A stretch of DNA of 64,000 nt from Minisyncoccia bacterium (GCA_050011835.1 JBEKII010000003.1:39842-103841), one strand, 5' to 3'; shown: positions 28,121-38,310, numbered from the stretch's first letter. Made by a program: numbers and translations. The notes: generated from the letters alone by a model not told the origin.

Positions 28121-28996
28121 ATGAATGAACGAAAGGGAAAACAAAAAGCGAAGAAGCTTTACGATCAGGAAGCTGGGGGTTATATCAAGCAGTACCAAGA
28201 AAATTATGAAGAGTATCCTGCCAACCTCATACGAATACAGTTTGTTATTGAAAGGCTAAAAAAGAATAATGTCAAAACAATTTTGGACGTTGGTTGCGGT
28301 ACCTGCGGACCAATGATCAAACTTCTTACAAACGGCTTTGTCGTTAAGGGTTTTGATTTTTCAAAAAAGATGATTGAGCAGGGCAGAGAAGAACTCCAGA
28401 AAGCTGGCTACGACCCTGAATTAATTCAAGTTGGTGATTTAGAGGATAAATCGGCTTTTTCAAATGAAAAATTTGACGCGATAATTGCTTTGGGCGTTTT
28501 CCCTCATATCGTGGATGAGCAGAGGGCACTATCCCATATGCGGAAGTTGTTGAATCCTGGCGGCCTGGTCTTTATTGAGTTCAGGAACGAATTGTTTGCT
28601 GTATATACTTTCAACAAATATTCTCTTGAATTTTTCACACAGAAGCTCATTAATGTACATTCCTTACCTCGAGATATCAGTACTGATGTAATGAATTTTT
28701 ATTCAAAAAAGTTTAAAGCCGGTACTATTGCCAAGAAAAAAGATGGCAAAATAGCTTATGCAGATACGCTGGCTAAGTTCCGCAACCCATTAAGCATAGG
28801 AAACGAATTATTCAATCCATGCGGTTTTTCTATTGCTAATCTGCATTTTTATCATTATCATGCACTCCCGCCCGTTTTTGAAAATAGATATCCAAAAATA
28901 TTCAGGGAATTAAGTCTAAAGTTGGAGAAAACCAATGACTGGAAGGGATATCTGATGGCCTCGGCTTTTGTTGTTGAGGCGAGAAGAACAGATTAG
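28121..28996 (+). CDS. Class I SAM-dependent methyltransferase
   Basis: ILDVGCGTCG motif I. 291 aa. Noticeably lower GC than flanking genes. Confidence 0.75.
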   Translation: MNERKGKQKAKKLYDQEAGGYIKQYQENYEEYPANLIRIQFVIERLKKNNVKTILDVGCGTCGPMIKLLTNGFVVKGFDFSKKMIEQGREELQKAGYDPELIQVGDLEDKSAFSNEKFDAIIALGVFPHIVDEQRALSHMRKLLNPGGLVFIEFRNELFAVYTFNKYSLEFFTQKLINVHSLPRDISTDVMNFYSKKFKAGTIAKKKDGKIAYADTLAKFRNPLSIGNELFNPCGFSIANLHFYHYHALPPVFENRYPKIFRELSLKLEKTNDWKGYLMASAFVVEARRTD

Positions 28997-29011
28997 ATTG
29001 AAATATAAAAT

Positions 29012-30289
29012 ATGGAAAAAGGAATAGGCAAAGGAATGTACGAACTCATAGAACGACTGTTTCCTCTCTGTAGAAGCATCACAGGACCCGGCACAAGGGA
29101 AACATTAAGAATAATTCAAAAGTCCATCCCGATTCAGATATATGAGGTGCCGACAGGGACAAAAGTGTTCGATTGGACCGTTCCTAAAGAATGGAATATA
29201 AGGGATGCATATATAATGGATGCAGAAGGGAAAAAAATTGTTGACTTCAAGAAAAACAATCTTCATATTGTCGGGTATTCTGTCCCGGTCAACAAACGTA
29301 TTTCTCTTTCAGAACTGCAAGAGCACTTATATTCGCTCCCGGACCAGCCAGAGGCCATTCCTTATGTTACTTCGTATTATGAAGAAAGATGGGGCTTTTG
29401 TATTTCGCAGATAGTCAGAGAAAAGCTTAAAGAAGGGGAATATACCGTTTTTATTGACAGCGAATTAAAAGACGGCTCATTGACGTACGGTGAACTTATC
29501 ATTCGCGGGGAATCTAAAAAAGAAATTTTCATCTCAACGTATGTATGCCATCCCTCAATGGCGAATAATGAACTCTCTGGCCCCGCGGTGACGACATTTT
29601 TAGCGAAATGGATTTTGAGCAAACCAAGGCGGTTTACGTATCGCATCATATTTATACCTGAAACCATTGGTTCGATAACCTATTTAAGAAAAAATATAAA
29701 AGTGATGAAAAGGAATACAATCGCCGGTTTTAACGTAACATGTGTCGGCGATAATAGAGCATACAGTTATCTTCCAACGAGAGCCGGCGACACCTATACC
29801 GATAGAGTTGCCTTAAATGTACTGTTATTTAAACAACCAGATTTTATTACATACTCTTTTCTTGATAGAGGAAGTGATGAACGACAATACAATGCGCCGG
29901 GAATTGATCTCCCCGTTTGTTCTGTGATGAGAAGCAAATACGGAACATATCCGGAATACCATACGTCATTGGATAATCTAAATGTGGTGAACCCGGAAGG
30001 ATTGTCAGGAGCGTATGAAATATTGAGAGAATGCCTCACGCTTATTGAAGAAAACCGCACATATAAAATAAACTGTTTGGGAGAACCGCAACTGGGGAAA
30101 AGAGGGTTATATCCCACCATCAGCACAAAATCTTCCGGGAATGAAGTAACAAACATCATGAATTTTATCGCTTATGCTGATGGGGAAAATGATCTACTAG
30201 ATATCAGCAATGAAACGAAAACCCCGGTGTGGGAGTTATATCCAATTATTGGAAAATTAATGAAAGCGGGTTTATTGACAATAGTTTGA
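29012..30289 (+). CDS. DUF4910 / M28 aminopeptidase-like domain protein (polysaccharide-cluster associated), putative
   Basis: 425 aa. Resembles aminopeptidase-like domain proteins common in O-antigen/nonulosonate clusters. Assignment is from memory of family-level features only. Low GC. Confidence 0.35.
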   Translation: MEKGIGKGMYELIERLFPLCRSITGPGTRETLRIIQKSIPIQIYEVPTGTKVFDWTVPKEWNIRDAYIMDAEGKKIVDFKKNNLHIVGYSVPVNKRISLSELQEHLYSLPDQPEAIPYVTSYYEERWGFCISQIVREKLKEGEYTVFIDSELKDGSLTYGELIIRGESKKEIFISTYVCHPSMANNELSGPAVTTFLAKWILSKPRRFTYRIIFIPETIGSITYLRKNIKVMKRNTIAGFNVTCVGDNRAYSYLPTRAGDTYTDRVALNVLLFKQPDFITYSFLDRGSDERQYNAPGIDLPVCSVMRSKYGTYPEYHTSLDNLNVVNPEGLSGAYEILRECLTLIEENRTYKINCLGEPQLGKRGLYPTISTKSSGNEVTNIMNFIAYADGENDLLDISNETKTPVWELYPIIGKLMKAGLLTIV

Positions 30290-30350
30290 TTATTATCAAA
30301 AAATTATCACGTACTTGCTATAACAAAATATTTGTGTAATATTATTCTTT

Positions 30351-31364
30351 ATGAATCTTGAGCAGCTCAAGGGTAAAACGGTGTTGATTACCGGCGGCAC
30401 CGGTTCTTTTGGTAAGAATTTTGCCAAACACATTCTCGCCGGTTCAAAACTGAAAAAACTCATTATATTTTCTCGTGACGAATTGAAACAGTCGCAAATG
30501 GAAGCGGAGATACGCGACGAGCGCATTCGTTTTTTTATCGGCGATGTGCGCGACCTTTCGCGATTGGAACGGGCTTTCCACGGCGTCGATATCGTTATAC
30601 ATGCCGCAGCGCTCAAGCAGGTACCTGCGCTTGAATACAATCCATTTGAAGCGGTGAAAACGAACATTCTCGGCAGTCAGAACGTCATTGAAGCGGCGCT
30701 CGACCAAAATGTGAAGAAAGCCATACTTGTATCAACCGATAAGGCAGTGATGCCAATTAATCTTTACGGGTCTACCAAATTATGTGCCGAGAAGCTTTTC
30801 ATCGCGGGCAATGCATACAGTGCAGGGAAGACGCATTTCAGCGTCGTCCGATACGGAAATGTTGTCGGTAGTCGCGGTAGTGTCATTGAAAAGTTGATGC
30901 TGAATAAAGATGCGCGCACCGTGCAAATAACCGACGAACGCATGACGCGTTTTTGGATAGACCTGAAGCAGGCGTTTCGCATTGTCCTATTCGCTCTGGA
31001 ACATATGGAGGGAGGAGAAATATTTATACCAAAAGCGCTATCAATGAAATTAACGGATCTTTTTGGTGTCCTTGCACCAAAAGCGAAACAGGACGTCATC
31101 GGTATTCGTCCGGGAGAGAAAGTGCACGAGGTATTGCTGACGAAAGAAGAGGCGCGCCACGCAGTGGGGCTTGAGGACTATTTTGTCATTTTGCCGGAAA
31201 ATATCAGCTCACTGAAACAAAAAAAAGGACTTCAGAAATTCCTGAAGCGAGGCAAACTGCTGAAATCCGATTTCCAGTTTTCGAGTAATGAGAGCGCCAA
31301 ACGCCTGTCGCAAAAGACGCTTCTTCGTCTGGTTGAGCAAATGGAAAGAACCTTGAGTCGCTAA
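30351..31364 (+). CDS. pseB: UDP-N-acetylglucosamine 4,6-dehydratase (inverting), PseB-like
   Basis: VLITGGTGSFGKNF...IFSRDELKQ...RFFIGDVRD...VIHAAALKQVP..EYNP.E..KTNI.G.QNV is nearly colinear with Campylobacter/Helicobacter PseB. YGSTKLCAEKLF (YxxxK). Confidence 0.85.
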   Translation: MNLEQLKGKTVLITGGTGSFGKNFAKHILAGSKLKKLIIFSRDELKQSQMEAEIRDERIRFFIGDVRDLSRLERAFHGVDIVIHAAALKQVPALEYNPFEAVKTNILGSQNVIEAALDQNVKKAILVSTDKAVMPINLYGSTKLCAEKLFIAGNAYSAGKTHFSVVRYGNVVGSRGSVIEKLMLNKDARTVQITDERMTRFWIDLKQAFRIVLFALEHMEGGEIFIPKALSMKLTDLFGVLAPKAKQDVIGIRPGEKVHEVLLTKEEARHAVGLEDYFVILPENISSLKQKKGLQKFLKRGKLLKSDFQFSSNESAKRLSQKTLLRLVEQMERTLSR

Positions 31365-32506
31365 TGATTCCTTACTCCACACAAAACATTAATGAGGAGG
31401 ATATCAAAGCGGTCGTGAAAGTACTGCGTTCAGGCTGGCTGACTCAAGGTCCCGCTATTGTGAGATTTGAAAAAGCCATTGCAAAAAAAGTTGGCACAAA
31501 ATTTGCGGTCGCTTTTAACTCCGGAACCGCCGCACTCCACGCAGCATATTTCGCCGCTGGAATAGGGAAGGAAGGTGAAGTCATCGTCCCCGCGCTTACC
31601 TTTGCCGCGACTGCCAATGCCGCGCTCTATCTCGGAGCGAAACCCGTCTTTGCGGATGTTGATCCCGAGACGGGGAACATGAGCGTGAGCGATGCGCGCA
31701 AAAAGATAACAAAAAAGACAAAAGCAATTATATCGGTCGACTATGGCGGCCGGCCGGCAGATTTGCGCGAATTCCGCGCACTTACAAAAAAACACAACCT
31801 TATTTTCATTGAGGATGCCGCACAAGCGTTTGGCGCGGAATATCGGGGTAAACCGGTTGGCACGCAAGCGGACATGACGATGTTCAGCTTTCATCCGGTA
31901 AAGTCCATTACCACGGGCGAGGGAGGCAGTATCGTGACGAACAGTCCAGTGTTTGAGGCGAGGCTTAAACTATTTCGCAGTCATGGTATCAGTAAAGACC
32001 CGAAAACATTTGCGCGGAAGAATTATGACGCATGGTATCAGGAAATGCAGGCGCTTGGATTCAATTATCGCATGCCAGAAATGTCCGCGGCTCTCGGCGA
32101 AAGCCAGTTGAGGCGCCTTGATTCTTTTATTGCAAAACGCCGCACGGTCGCTAAACGATATCAAAAGATATTAGAGAAGATTCCAAATCTCATGCTCCCG
32201 CCAGCCGAACGTGTTTATGAGAAATCAGCTTGGCATCTTTATCCGGTACGGCTTGCACCGAAAATTGCACGAAAGCGCGATGAAGTTTTTGCTAAAATGC
32301 GTAAGGCGGGTATTGGCGTACAAGTACATCATGTACCGGTCTACCGGCATCTTTTTTATGAAAAAATTGGTTACAAGAAAGGTCTTTGCCCCATCACCGA
32401 GACTTTCGTCGCATCCGAAATTTCTATCCCACTTTCCCCGAATATCACGCAGAAGCAACAAAAGTTTATCGCCACGACGCTGAAACATATTTTGGAATCC
32501 CTATGA
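31364..32506 (+). CDS. pseC: UDP-4-amino-4,6-dideoxy-N-acetyl-beta-L-altrosamine transaminase (DegT/DnrJ/EryC1 family), PseC-like
   Basis: DegT-family motifs. PLP-lysine context FSFHPVKSITTGEGG. Overlaps the pseB stop by 1 nt (TAATG). Confidence 0.8.
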   Translation: MIPYSTQNINEEDIKAVVKVLRSGWLTQGPAIVRFEKAIAKKVGTKFAVAFNSGTAALHAAYFAAGIGKEGEVIVPALTFAATANAALYLGAKPVFADVDPETGNMSVSDARKKITKKTKAIISVDYGGRPADLREFRALTKKHNLIFIEDAAQAFGAEYRGKPVGTQADMTMFSFHPVKSITTGEGGSIVTNSPVFEARLKLFRSHGISKDPKTFARKNYDAWYQEMQALGFNYRMPEMSAALGESQLRRLDSFIAKRRTVAKRYQKILEKIPNLMLPPAERVYEKSAWHLYPVRLAPKIARKRDEVFAKMRKAGIGVQVHHVPVYRHLFYEKIGYKKGLCPITETFVASEISIPLSPNITQKQQKFIATTLKHILESL

Positions 32507-33591
32507 AAATTCTCGTCGTCAGCGAAACGCCATCGAGCTTCTATTTAAAATACCTCACCTTATTTGTGAGGGCGCTCGCCAGGCACCATAAAGTTTTTGT
32601 CCTCACTGGCCAACCGTACGCCGCCGCTTTCCCAAAGAGCGTGCGCAAGGTTGAATCTGCGCCGTTTGAGTATTGCGCGCGCAGCTTTGACGAACAGAGC
32701 TTTTTGGAAGTGTTCGCTCTTGCAAAAAAATTGCATGTACGGCACATCCATTTTTGCCGGTTGGTCTATCCACAACGTCTCTACGCGGCGCTCTCTACCG
32801 CGCCGGAACTTCGCGTGAAAATTTCCTTCTCCATATTTGGAATTACCGAGATTTATACTCGTCCGATATTCAAAAAGTATCTCGCGCTTCTCTCGCGACA
32901 CAAAGCGGTTGGCCGTATCCTGGTGCACTCTAATGAACCGCAAGGTACCGCGACGCGCCTCAAAAAAGAAAAAACCTTCCGCGTGAGCGTTCTCTCATGC
33001 GTGTACGATCCCATCTATGAAGACCCGCGCGCCTACCGCATCTCGCAGACGGCGGCTCGTAAGCGCCTCGGATTGCCGCGAAACAAAAAACTCGCGCTCT
33101 ACTTCGGGAATTTCTTTTTTTCTAAAGGAGCGGATATTCTTCTTAAAGCTGCACAGAAATTTCCCAATAAGAATGTCATGTTCGTATTTGCCGGTAACAC
33201 CACAAGCGCTAACTTCGCGCTTAACCGCAAGGATTTTAACCGCAAGAATATTATCCTCGACGACCGCTTTATCCCCGAAGATGAAGCTGTGTTCTATTTG
33301 CGAGCCGCCGACGTGGTAGTGCTTCCATATCGCCGATTTTACAAAGACGGGACGAGCGGGCTTCTCGTGCAGGCAGCACTCGCCGAACGCCCCGCGATGG
33401 TGCCGGACATATTTCCTTTCAATGCCGTGGTGCGCACGTACAAAACAGGAATGGTCTTTACTCTTGAATCGCCTTCTGCGCTCGCTCGCTCGATCGCCCA
33501 AGCGCTCACGAGTGAAGGAAGGGGCGGATACGCACGCTATATTCATGAGATTGAGAGTTGGAAGGAACTTGCAAAAGCGGCTCTGATGTAA
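32503..33591 (+). CDS. Glycosyltransferase-like GT-B fold protein (GT4-like)
   Basis: Start at the internal ATG (MKILVVSE) with ATGA overlap on pseC. C-terminal VVLPYRRFYKDGTSGLLVQAALAERPAMVPDIFPF. Confidence 0.5.
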   Translation: MKILVVSETPSSFYLKYLTLFVRALARHHKVFVLTGQPYAAAFPKSVRKVESAPFEYCARSFDEQSFLEVFALAKKLHVRHIHFCRLVYPQRLYAALSTAPELRVKISFSIFGITEIYTRPIFKKYLALLSRHKAVGRILVHSNEPQGTATRLKKEKTFRVSVLSCVYDPIYEDPRAYRISQTAARKRLGLPRNKKLALYFGNFFFSKGADILLKAAQKFPNKNVMFVFAGNTTSANFALNRKDFNRKNIILDDRFIPEDEAVFYLRAADVVVLPYRRFYKDGTSGLLVQAALAERPAMVPDIFPFNAVVRTYKTGMVFTLESPSALARSIAQALTSEGRGGYARYIHEIESWKELAKAALM

Positions 33592-33611
33592 TAAAGTATT
33601 TGATTATATAT

Positions 33612-34664
33612 ATGTTTGACCCCTACAATTCCGGCTTTTGGAAGGGCAAGAAAGTTCTCGTGACAGGAGGAGCTTCCTTTATTGGAAGCCACCTCTGCGA
33701 GCGCCTCGTTGACGCAGGTTCAATCGTGCGAGTCGCAGATGATTTCTCTTCCGGCAAACGCAAGAATCTTTCTTCAATCGCCAAGAAAATACGGATATAT
33801 AAAGGCGATTTGCGTGAACGCCCATTTGCGGAGAAGGTAATGAAGGGTATAGATATCGTTTTCCATCTTGCGGCGAGTCACGGCGGCCGCGGTTTTATCC
33901 ATACGCACCCGGTTGAATGCTCAACCAATTTAATTCTCGATGGCGTTGTCTTCGCTGCAGCACACAAGGCAAAAGTGGACCGTATTTGTTTCGCTTCTTC
34001 AGCATGCGTCTATCCTTCGCATCTGCAGGACTCGCGCGTGGACGGCACTAAAATATTTTTGCGGGAAGAGGACGCACATCATTTTGAACAGGGTAAGGCG
34101 AATGCTGACTTGGAATATGGCTGGGCAAAATTTATGGGCGAGATGGTGCTCAACGCCTACTACAAACAGTACGGGCAGAAAAGCGTCTCATGCCGGATTT
34201 TCACCGCGTACGGTGAGCGGGAGAACGAGACCCACGCGGTCGTTGCCTTCATCGCCCGCGCATTTATCGGTATGGACCCATACATTATCTGGGGCACGGG
34301 CGAACAAGACCGCAATTTTACCTATGTGGGCGATACGGTGGAAGGGCTCATGCGTGCGTGTGAGCGGATAACCGACGGGAGCCCCATCAACGTCGGCACC
34401 GCCGAGCACATCACCGTCAACGACGCTGTTGCTGAAGTATTTTCAATCATAGGTTTTACGCCGAAAAAAATTAAGCGCGATCTCACGAAACCTGTAGGAG
34501 TGTTTAGCCGCGCGGCGGACACCACCCGAAATCGCGCGCTCCTGAAGTGGGAACCCAAAACAAGTTTTACCGAAGGATTCCGCCGCACTATCAGCTGGTA
34601 TACCGCCACCAAAGATAAGAAATATGTTCGGGCTAACCTAGAGCGGCTTCTCAACGAGCGTTAA
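33612..34664 (+). CDS. NAD-dependent epimerase/dehydratase family protein (extended SDR)
   Basis: Start at the internal ATG (MFDPYNSGFWKGKKVLVTGGASFIGSHL). YGWAKFMGE (YxxxK). Confidence 0.75.
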   Translation: MFDPYNSGFWKGKKVLVTGGASFIGSHLCERLVDAGSIVRVADDFSSGKRKNLSSIAKKIRIYKGDLRERPFAEKVMKGIDIVFHLAASHGGRGFIHTHPVECSTNLILDGVVFAAAHKAKVDRICFASSACVYPSHLQDSRVDGTKIFLREEDAHHFEQGKANADLEYGWAKFMGEMVLNAYYKQYGQKSVSCRIFTAYGERENETHAVVAFIARAFIGMDPYIIWGTGEQDRNFTYVGDTVEGLMRACERITDGSPINVGTAEHITVNDAVAEVFSIIGFTPKKIKRDLTKPVGVFSRAADTTRNRALLKWEPKTSFTEGFRRTISWYTATKDKKYVRANLERLLNER

Positions 34665-34669
34665 CGCGC

Positions 34670-34698
34670 TTGACAAAACATGGCTATCTGCTATGCTG
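34670..34698 (+). promoter_or_regulatory. Sigma70-like promoter (TTGACA-17 bp-TATGCT) upstream of the NUDIX gene
   Basis: TTGACA at 34670-34675 and TATGCT at 34693-34698 with a 17-bp spacer. GAGGAGGA Shine-Dalgarno sits ~8 nt before the ATG at 34748. Confidence 0.5.
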
Positions 34699-34747
34699 AA
34701 TAGCAGAGTTTTCTGGTCATTAAATTAAGCGAAGAGGAGGAAATGTC

Positions 34748-35227
34748 ATGAGAATGACAAATAGTCAGTATGCAGAGGTTTTTGACAGGACCTCGGGATT
34801 GGGAGTTGTCCGAGCCTGTGTTGACCTTGTCGTCACAAGCCAGAAAGGGATCGCGCTCGTTAAGCGCAGCATCCCACCACAGGTCGGTGCCTGGCACTTG
34901 CCTGGTGGCAAGATCGAGAGCGGCGAAAGCTTTGAAGAGTTCGCCGCCAGAACAGCACATCACGACCTCGGCATAGAAGTCGAGATTGTCGGCGCGGTCG
35001 GCGGTATGAATTTTCCCGCCGAGAAGTCGACCATGGAAATCGATGGCGTGGAGTGCGAGATCATCGTCCACTCTATGTCAGTCGTTCTCCACTGCCGCGC
35101 GAAGTCATTGGACATTCGCGGCAGTGCGGAATGGAAGAACGTTGGGTGGTTCACCGCCGCACCAATCCCAGCGCATTCCATTCACATTCCGTGGCTTCTC
35201 GAGCACAGTTTCTTTACACCGGCTTGA
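34748..35227 (+). CDS. NUDIX hydrolase
   Basis: Nudix box GGKIESGESFEEFAARTAHHDLGIEV (G-x5-E-x7-REuxEExGu pattern). Confidence 0.8.
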   Translation: MRMTNSQYAEVFDRTSGLGVVRACVDLVVTSQKGIALVKRSIPPQVGAWHLPGGKIESGESFEEFAARTAHHDLGIEVEIVGAVGGMNFPAEKSTMEIDGVECEIIVHSMSVVLHCRAKSLDIRGSAEWKNVGWFTAAPIPAHSIHIPWLLEHSFFTPA

Positions 35228-35244
35228 TCCGGTGCTCACTGCAA

Positions 35245-35279
35245 CGCTCGCCACATTCCGGTGGCGAGCGTTTTGATTT
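35245..35279 (+). terminator. Rho-independent terminator
   Basis: CGCTCGCCAC-attccg-GTGGCGAGCG followed by TTTTGATTTG. Confidence 0.7.
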
Positions 35280-35311
35280 GCAAAAGAATATAAATCTTGT
35301 ACTATCAGCGT

Positions 35312-36634
35312 ATGAAAAAGTCCCAAGGCACCGGGCAAAAGCTGTGGGAAAAGGCAAAGAAGCTCATTCCCGGCGGGAATCAGTTGCTTTCCAAGCGTGC
35401 GGAAATGTTTTTGCCGGAGCAATGGCCCGCTTATTATTCAAGAGCGAAAGGATGCGAAGTGTGGGATCTTGACGGTAATCGTTATGTAGATATGGGCAGA
35501 ATGGCGGTGGGGAGTTGCCTACTCGGTTATGCCGATCCGGATGTCAATAGGGCAGTGAAAGATGCGGTGGACCGCGGTTCAATGTCAACGCTGAATGCAC
35601 CCGAAGAAGTAGAACTTGCGGAGCTTTTGTGCAAAATACATCCTTGGGCGCATATGGCGCGCTTCGCGCGCGGTGGAGGAGAAGCAATGGCTATCGCGGT
35701 GCGCATCGCGCGCGCCTCTACCGGTCGTGACATCATTGCTTTTTGCGGTTATCACGGTTGGGCCGATTGGTATCTGGCGACAAATCTCGGTACAACCGAT
35801 GGGCTCAAAGAACATCTGCTCGCCGGGCTTGAAGCAAAAGGCGTACCGCAAGGGTTGCGCGGCAGTATTTTCCCTTTTCGCTACAATCATTTTGAAGAGC
35901 TTGAAGCGATCGTTAAGCACGCGGGCTCGCGACTTGCGGCGATTGTCATGGAACCGCTCCATAACGAAGAACCGAGAAATGATTTTCTTAAAAAAATTCG
36001 CACAATCGCCGACAGAGCCGGCGCTGCTCTTATTTTTGATGAAGTATCAATCGGCTGGAAGCTCACTTACGGAGGTGCACATCTTATATACGGTGTCAAT
36101 CCCGATATCGCCGTTTTCAGCAAAGCGATGAGCAACGGCTTCCCGATGGCGGCGGTTATCGGCACGCGCTCCGTGATGCAGGCGGCGCAGAATACTTTTA
36201 TATCAAGTACCTACTGGACTGACCGTACCGGCCCTGTAGCGGCACTTGCAACGCTTAAGAAAATGAAGAGATTGAATGTGCCGAAACGTATCGCCGCCGC
36301 GGCCGCGCAGATGCGCGCGGGCTGGGCAAGCATAGCAGAAAAACATGGACTGAAAATCAAAATCAGTGGACCGGTCGCCTATAATACGTTCTCTTTCCTC
36401 TCTGAAGACACACAGGCGCTGAGAACGCTCTTTACGCAGGAAATGCTTGAACGCGGATTTCTCGCGTCAACCGAATTCAATCCTTCCTGTGCCCATACTT
36501 CCGCGCATATCAAACGCTACATTCGTGCGCTCGACAACGTATTCGCCGAGATTCGTAAAGCAATAGACACTAACTCCGTACATAAACGTCTCAAAGGACC
36601 AATCGCACATTCCAACTTTGAACGTCTGAACTAA
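35312..36634 (+). CDS. Class III (glutamate-1-semialdehyde aminomutase-like) PLP-dependent aminotransferase
   Basis: Start at the ATG (MKKSQGTGQKLWE). AT-III family architecture. FDEVSIGWKLTYGG...FSKAMSNGFP (Lys in the SKA context). Confidence 0.75.
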   Translation: MKKSQGTGQKLWEKAKKLIPGGNQLLSKRAEMFLPEQWPAYYSRAKGCEVWDLDGNRYVDMGRMAVGSCLLGYADPDVNRAVKDAVDRGSMSTLNAPEEVELAELLCKIHPWAHMARFARGGGEAMAIAVRIARASTGRDIIAFCGYHGWADWYLATNLGTTDGLKEHLLAGLEAKGVPQGLRGSIFPFRYNHFEELEAIVKHAGSRLAAIVMEPLHNEEPRNDFLKKIRTIADRAGAALIFDEVSIGWKLTYGGAHLIYGVNPDIAVFSKAMSNGFPMAAVIGTRSVMQAAQNTFISSTYWTDRTGPVAALATLKKMKRLNVPKRIAAAAAQMRAGWASIAEKHGLKIKISGPVAYNTFSFLSEDTQALRTLFTQEMLERGFLASTEFNPSCAHTSAHIKRYIRALDNVFAEIRKAIDTNSVHKRLKGPIAHSNFERLN

Positions 36635-36641
36635 TAAAAAA

Positions 36642-36667
36642 GTGGGCGAAGCTCGCGCTTCGCCCAC
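36642..36667. terminator. Bidirectional rho-independent terminator between convergent genes
   Basis: AAAAAA-GTGGGCGAAGC-tcgc-GCTTCGCCCAC. A T-run follows on the minus strand (TTTTTTATTA) and A/T-rich sequence on the plus strand. Confidence 0.65.
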
Positions 36668-36682
36668 TAAGGCGTTTGTTGA

Positions 36683-37219
36683 CTAATGACGCAGCCGCAG
36701 CATCGCGTCTATCTGCCCATAAGTTTTCACGAGAATGTCCTTTTGTTTACAGAACTTTAGGATTTCCTCGTGCATCTGGAGTTTCGGATCGTAATAGGGG
36801 ACAACATGCGGATGGAAGACGAGGGGGACAAATACCGTTTTCTCCACCTCATTCGCACGACGAAGCGCCTCTTCTAAGAGCTGAATGTAATATCCATTCA
36901 TTTTTGTTCCTCGAACGCTGAAGCTCTCTTCTTCCTCGTCAAAGACTAAAAGCTTTGTTGGTTGTACGAAGTGCACATCATAGGCACCGACCGCGGGAAT
37001 TTCGAGAATGTCCCCGAATCCTTCTTTGCTGTAGAAGAACGATGTCGTATTCTCGCCGGGCACGTTCCACTCTCGCTGTCCTGCCTTAAGCCATGAAGAC
37101 ACGTACCGAAGCCCATTGTTTCGTATCGCCTGAAGTATTTCGCGATTTTCGGAACCGAAGGGCTGAACATTTCCCATAGGCGTGCGCAACCCTATTGGTT
37201 GGACGCCAAGCCAGCGCAC
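36683..37219 (-). CDS. Hypothetical protein, 178 aa
   Basis: ORF only, with a terminator directly after its stop. No family recognised. Confidence 0.4.
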   Translation of the reverse strand: MRWLGVQPIGLRTPMGNVQPFGSENREILQAIRNNGLRYVSSWLKAGQREWNVPGENTTSFFYSKEGFGDILEIPAVGAYDVHFVQPTKLLVFDEEEESFSVRGTKMNGYYIQLLEEALRRANEVEKTVFVPLVFHPHVVPYYDPKLQMHEEILKFCKQKDILVKTYGQIDAMLRLRH

Positions 37220-37294
37220 GATCGTTTCATTCGCTTTCCGTAACTGTTCGTTGGCCTCGGAGCCGACAATCGTTCGCGAAAGTTTCTGTAATAC

Positions 37295-38254
37295 CTAACA
37301 TACCTCTTGAACACTTTTGAGCGGTGATTGTAACACGACCGACGAGACGTGATTTTGAAGTTTTTGCATAAGGTATTCTTTCGGCGTCTTTCCCTTAAGC
37401 GCCATGTGCGGACGTCTCTCATTGTACTCCCGCTCCCATCCTTGCAAGAGGCGTATGCAATGCTGGATTGATACGAAGCGGTTGATCCCATAGAATTCTT
37501 CTCCATCGGTGCGGTGCGACCGCTCCACCTTGCCGTTCTCTTCGGGAGAACGGATCTTAATTTTGCGATGGCTGATACCAAGGTCCTGCAAATGCCAGGA
37601 GAACTGTTCCGAAAACTCGGAGCCGTTGTCGGTCTGAATTTGTTTGATGGCGAACGGAAGTGCTTTTTGCACCTTGTCCACGAAATCAGCCGCATTCTTC
37701 ACGGTGTTGTGATCATAGATGCGGAGGACTCGGTATCTCGTGCAGTCATCGATGGCGGTGAACTGATAGTATCGCTTGCCCGCAAATGCTTCGGAATTAA
37801 GGAATTTAACGTCAACTTGTAGTCGATCACCCGGGAGTGGTTTTTCGTATCGTTGCGGATAGCGTTGCCATTTCTTCCTGTACGTCAGGCGGTTGAGACT
37901 GTGTTCTTTGTAGAGGCGCCAGATAGTGGTTTTGGAGACGAACCAGTTGTACTTCTGCTTCAGATGATACGACATGCGAACCGGACCGTACCCACGCTGA
38001 AGCCGTAGCTCGATAATCTTTTCTCGCACATCCTTTGGGAGCCATCGGTGAATTTTGTACGGTCGACACGACTTCGAGCGCAGCCCTTCTTCTCCGAGGC
38101 TCAGGTACCGGTGGTACCAGAAGTAGAAGGTGCCCCTCGCAATGCCGAAGTACCGGCATGTCGGGGCCACTTTCTTGGTGATGTTTTGATAACACTCGAT
38201 CCAGCGCAGGCGCTGTTGAGCACGAGGATCGTTAAGTACTTTTCTCGTTTCCAT
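37295..38254 (-). CDS. IS481-family DDE transposase (HTH + rve integrase core)
   Basis: N-terminal HTH (CRYFGIARGTFYFWYHRY). Catalytic DDE residues in QVDVKFL / YQFTAIDDCTR, IQTDNGSEF, and NGKVERSHRT. Confidence 0.85.
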   Translation of the reverse strand: METRKVLNDPRAQQRLRWIECYQNITKKVAPTCRYFGIARGTFYFWYHRYLSLGEEGLRSKSCRPYKIHRWLPKDVREKIIELRLQRGYGPVRMSYHLKQKYNWFVSKTTIWRLYKEHSLNRLTYRKKWQRYPQRYEKPLPGDRLQVDVKFLNSEAFAGKRYYQFTAIDDCTRYRVLRIYDHNTVKNAADFVDKVQKALPFAIKQIQTDNGSEFSEQFSWHLQDLGISHRKIKIRSPEENGKVERSHRTDGEEFYGINRFVSIQHCIRLLQGWEREYNERRPHMALKGKTPKEYLMQKLQNHVSSVVLQSPLKSVQEVC

Positions 38255-38310
38255 ACTTTGTGGGTGAAAGTTGATAATTTTCGCTCACACAAAGTGTACA
38301 GGAGGTGGTG
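37295..38310 (-). mobile_element. IS481-family insertion sequence (~1.0 kb) with imperfect terminal inverted repeats
   Basis: Left-end ..CCTCTTGAACACTTTTGAGCGGTGATTGTAACAC.. versus reverse complement of the right end ..CCTCCTGTACACTTTGTGTGAGCGAAAATTATCAAC.. . A single DDE transposase ORF lies inside. Boundaries are uncertain by ~10 bp. Confidence 0.65.

Noticed and set aside
37192-37695. 167-aa minus-strand ORF overlapping the IS481 transposase
   Set aside because: Alternative frame of the transposase gene. The transposase frame carries the HTH and DDE motifs.
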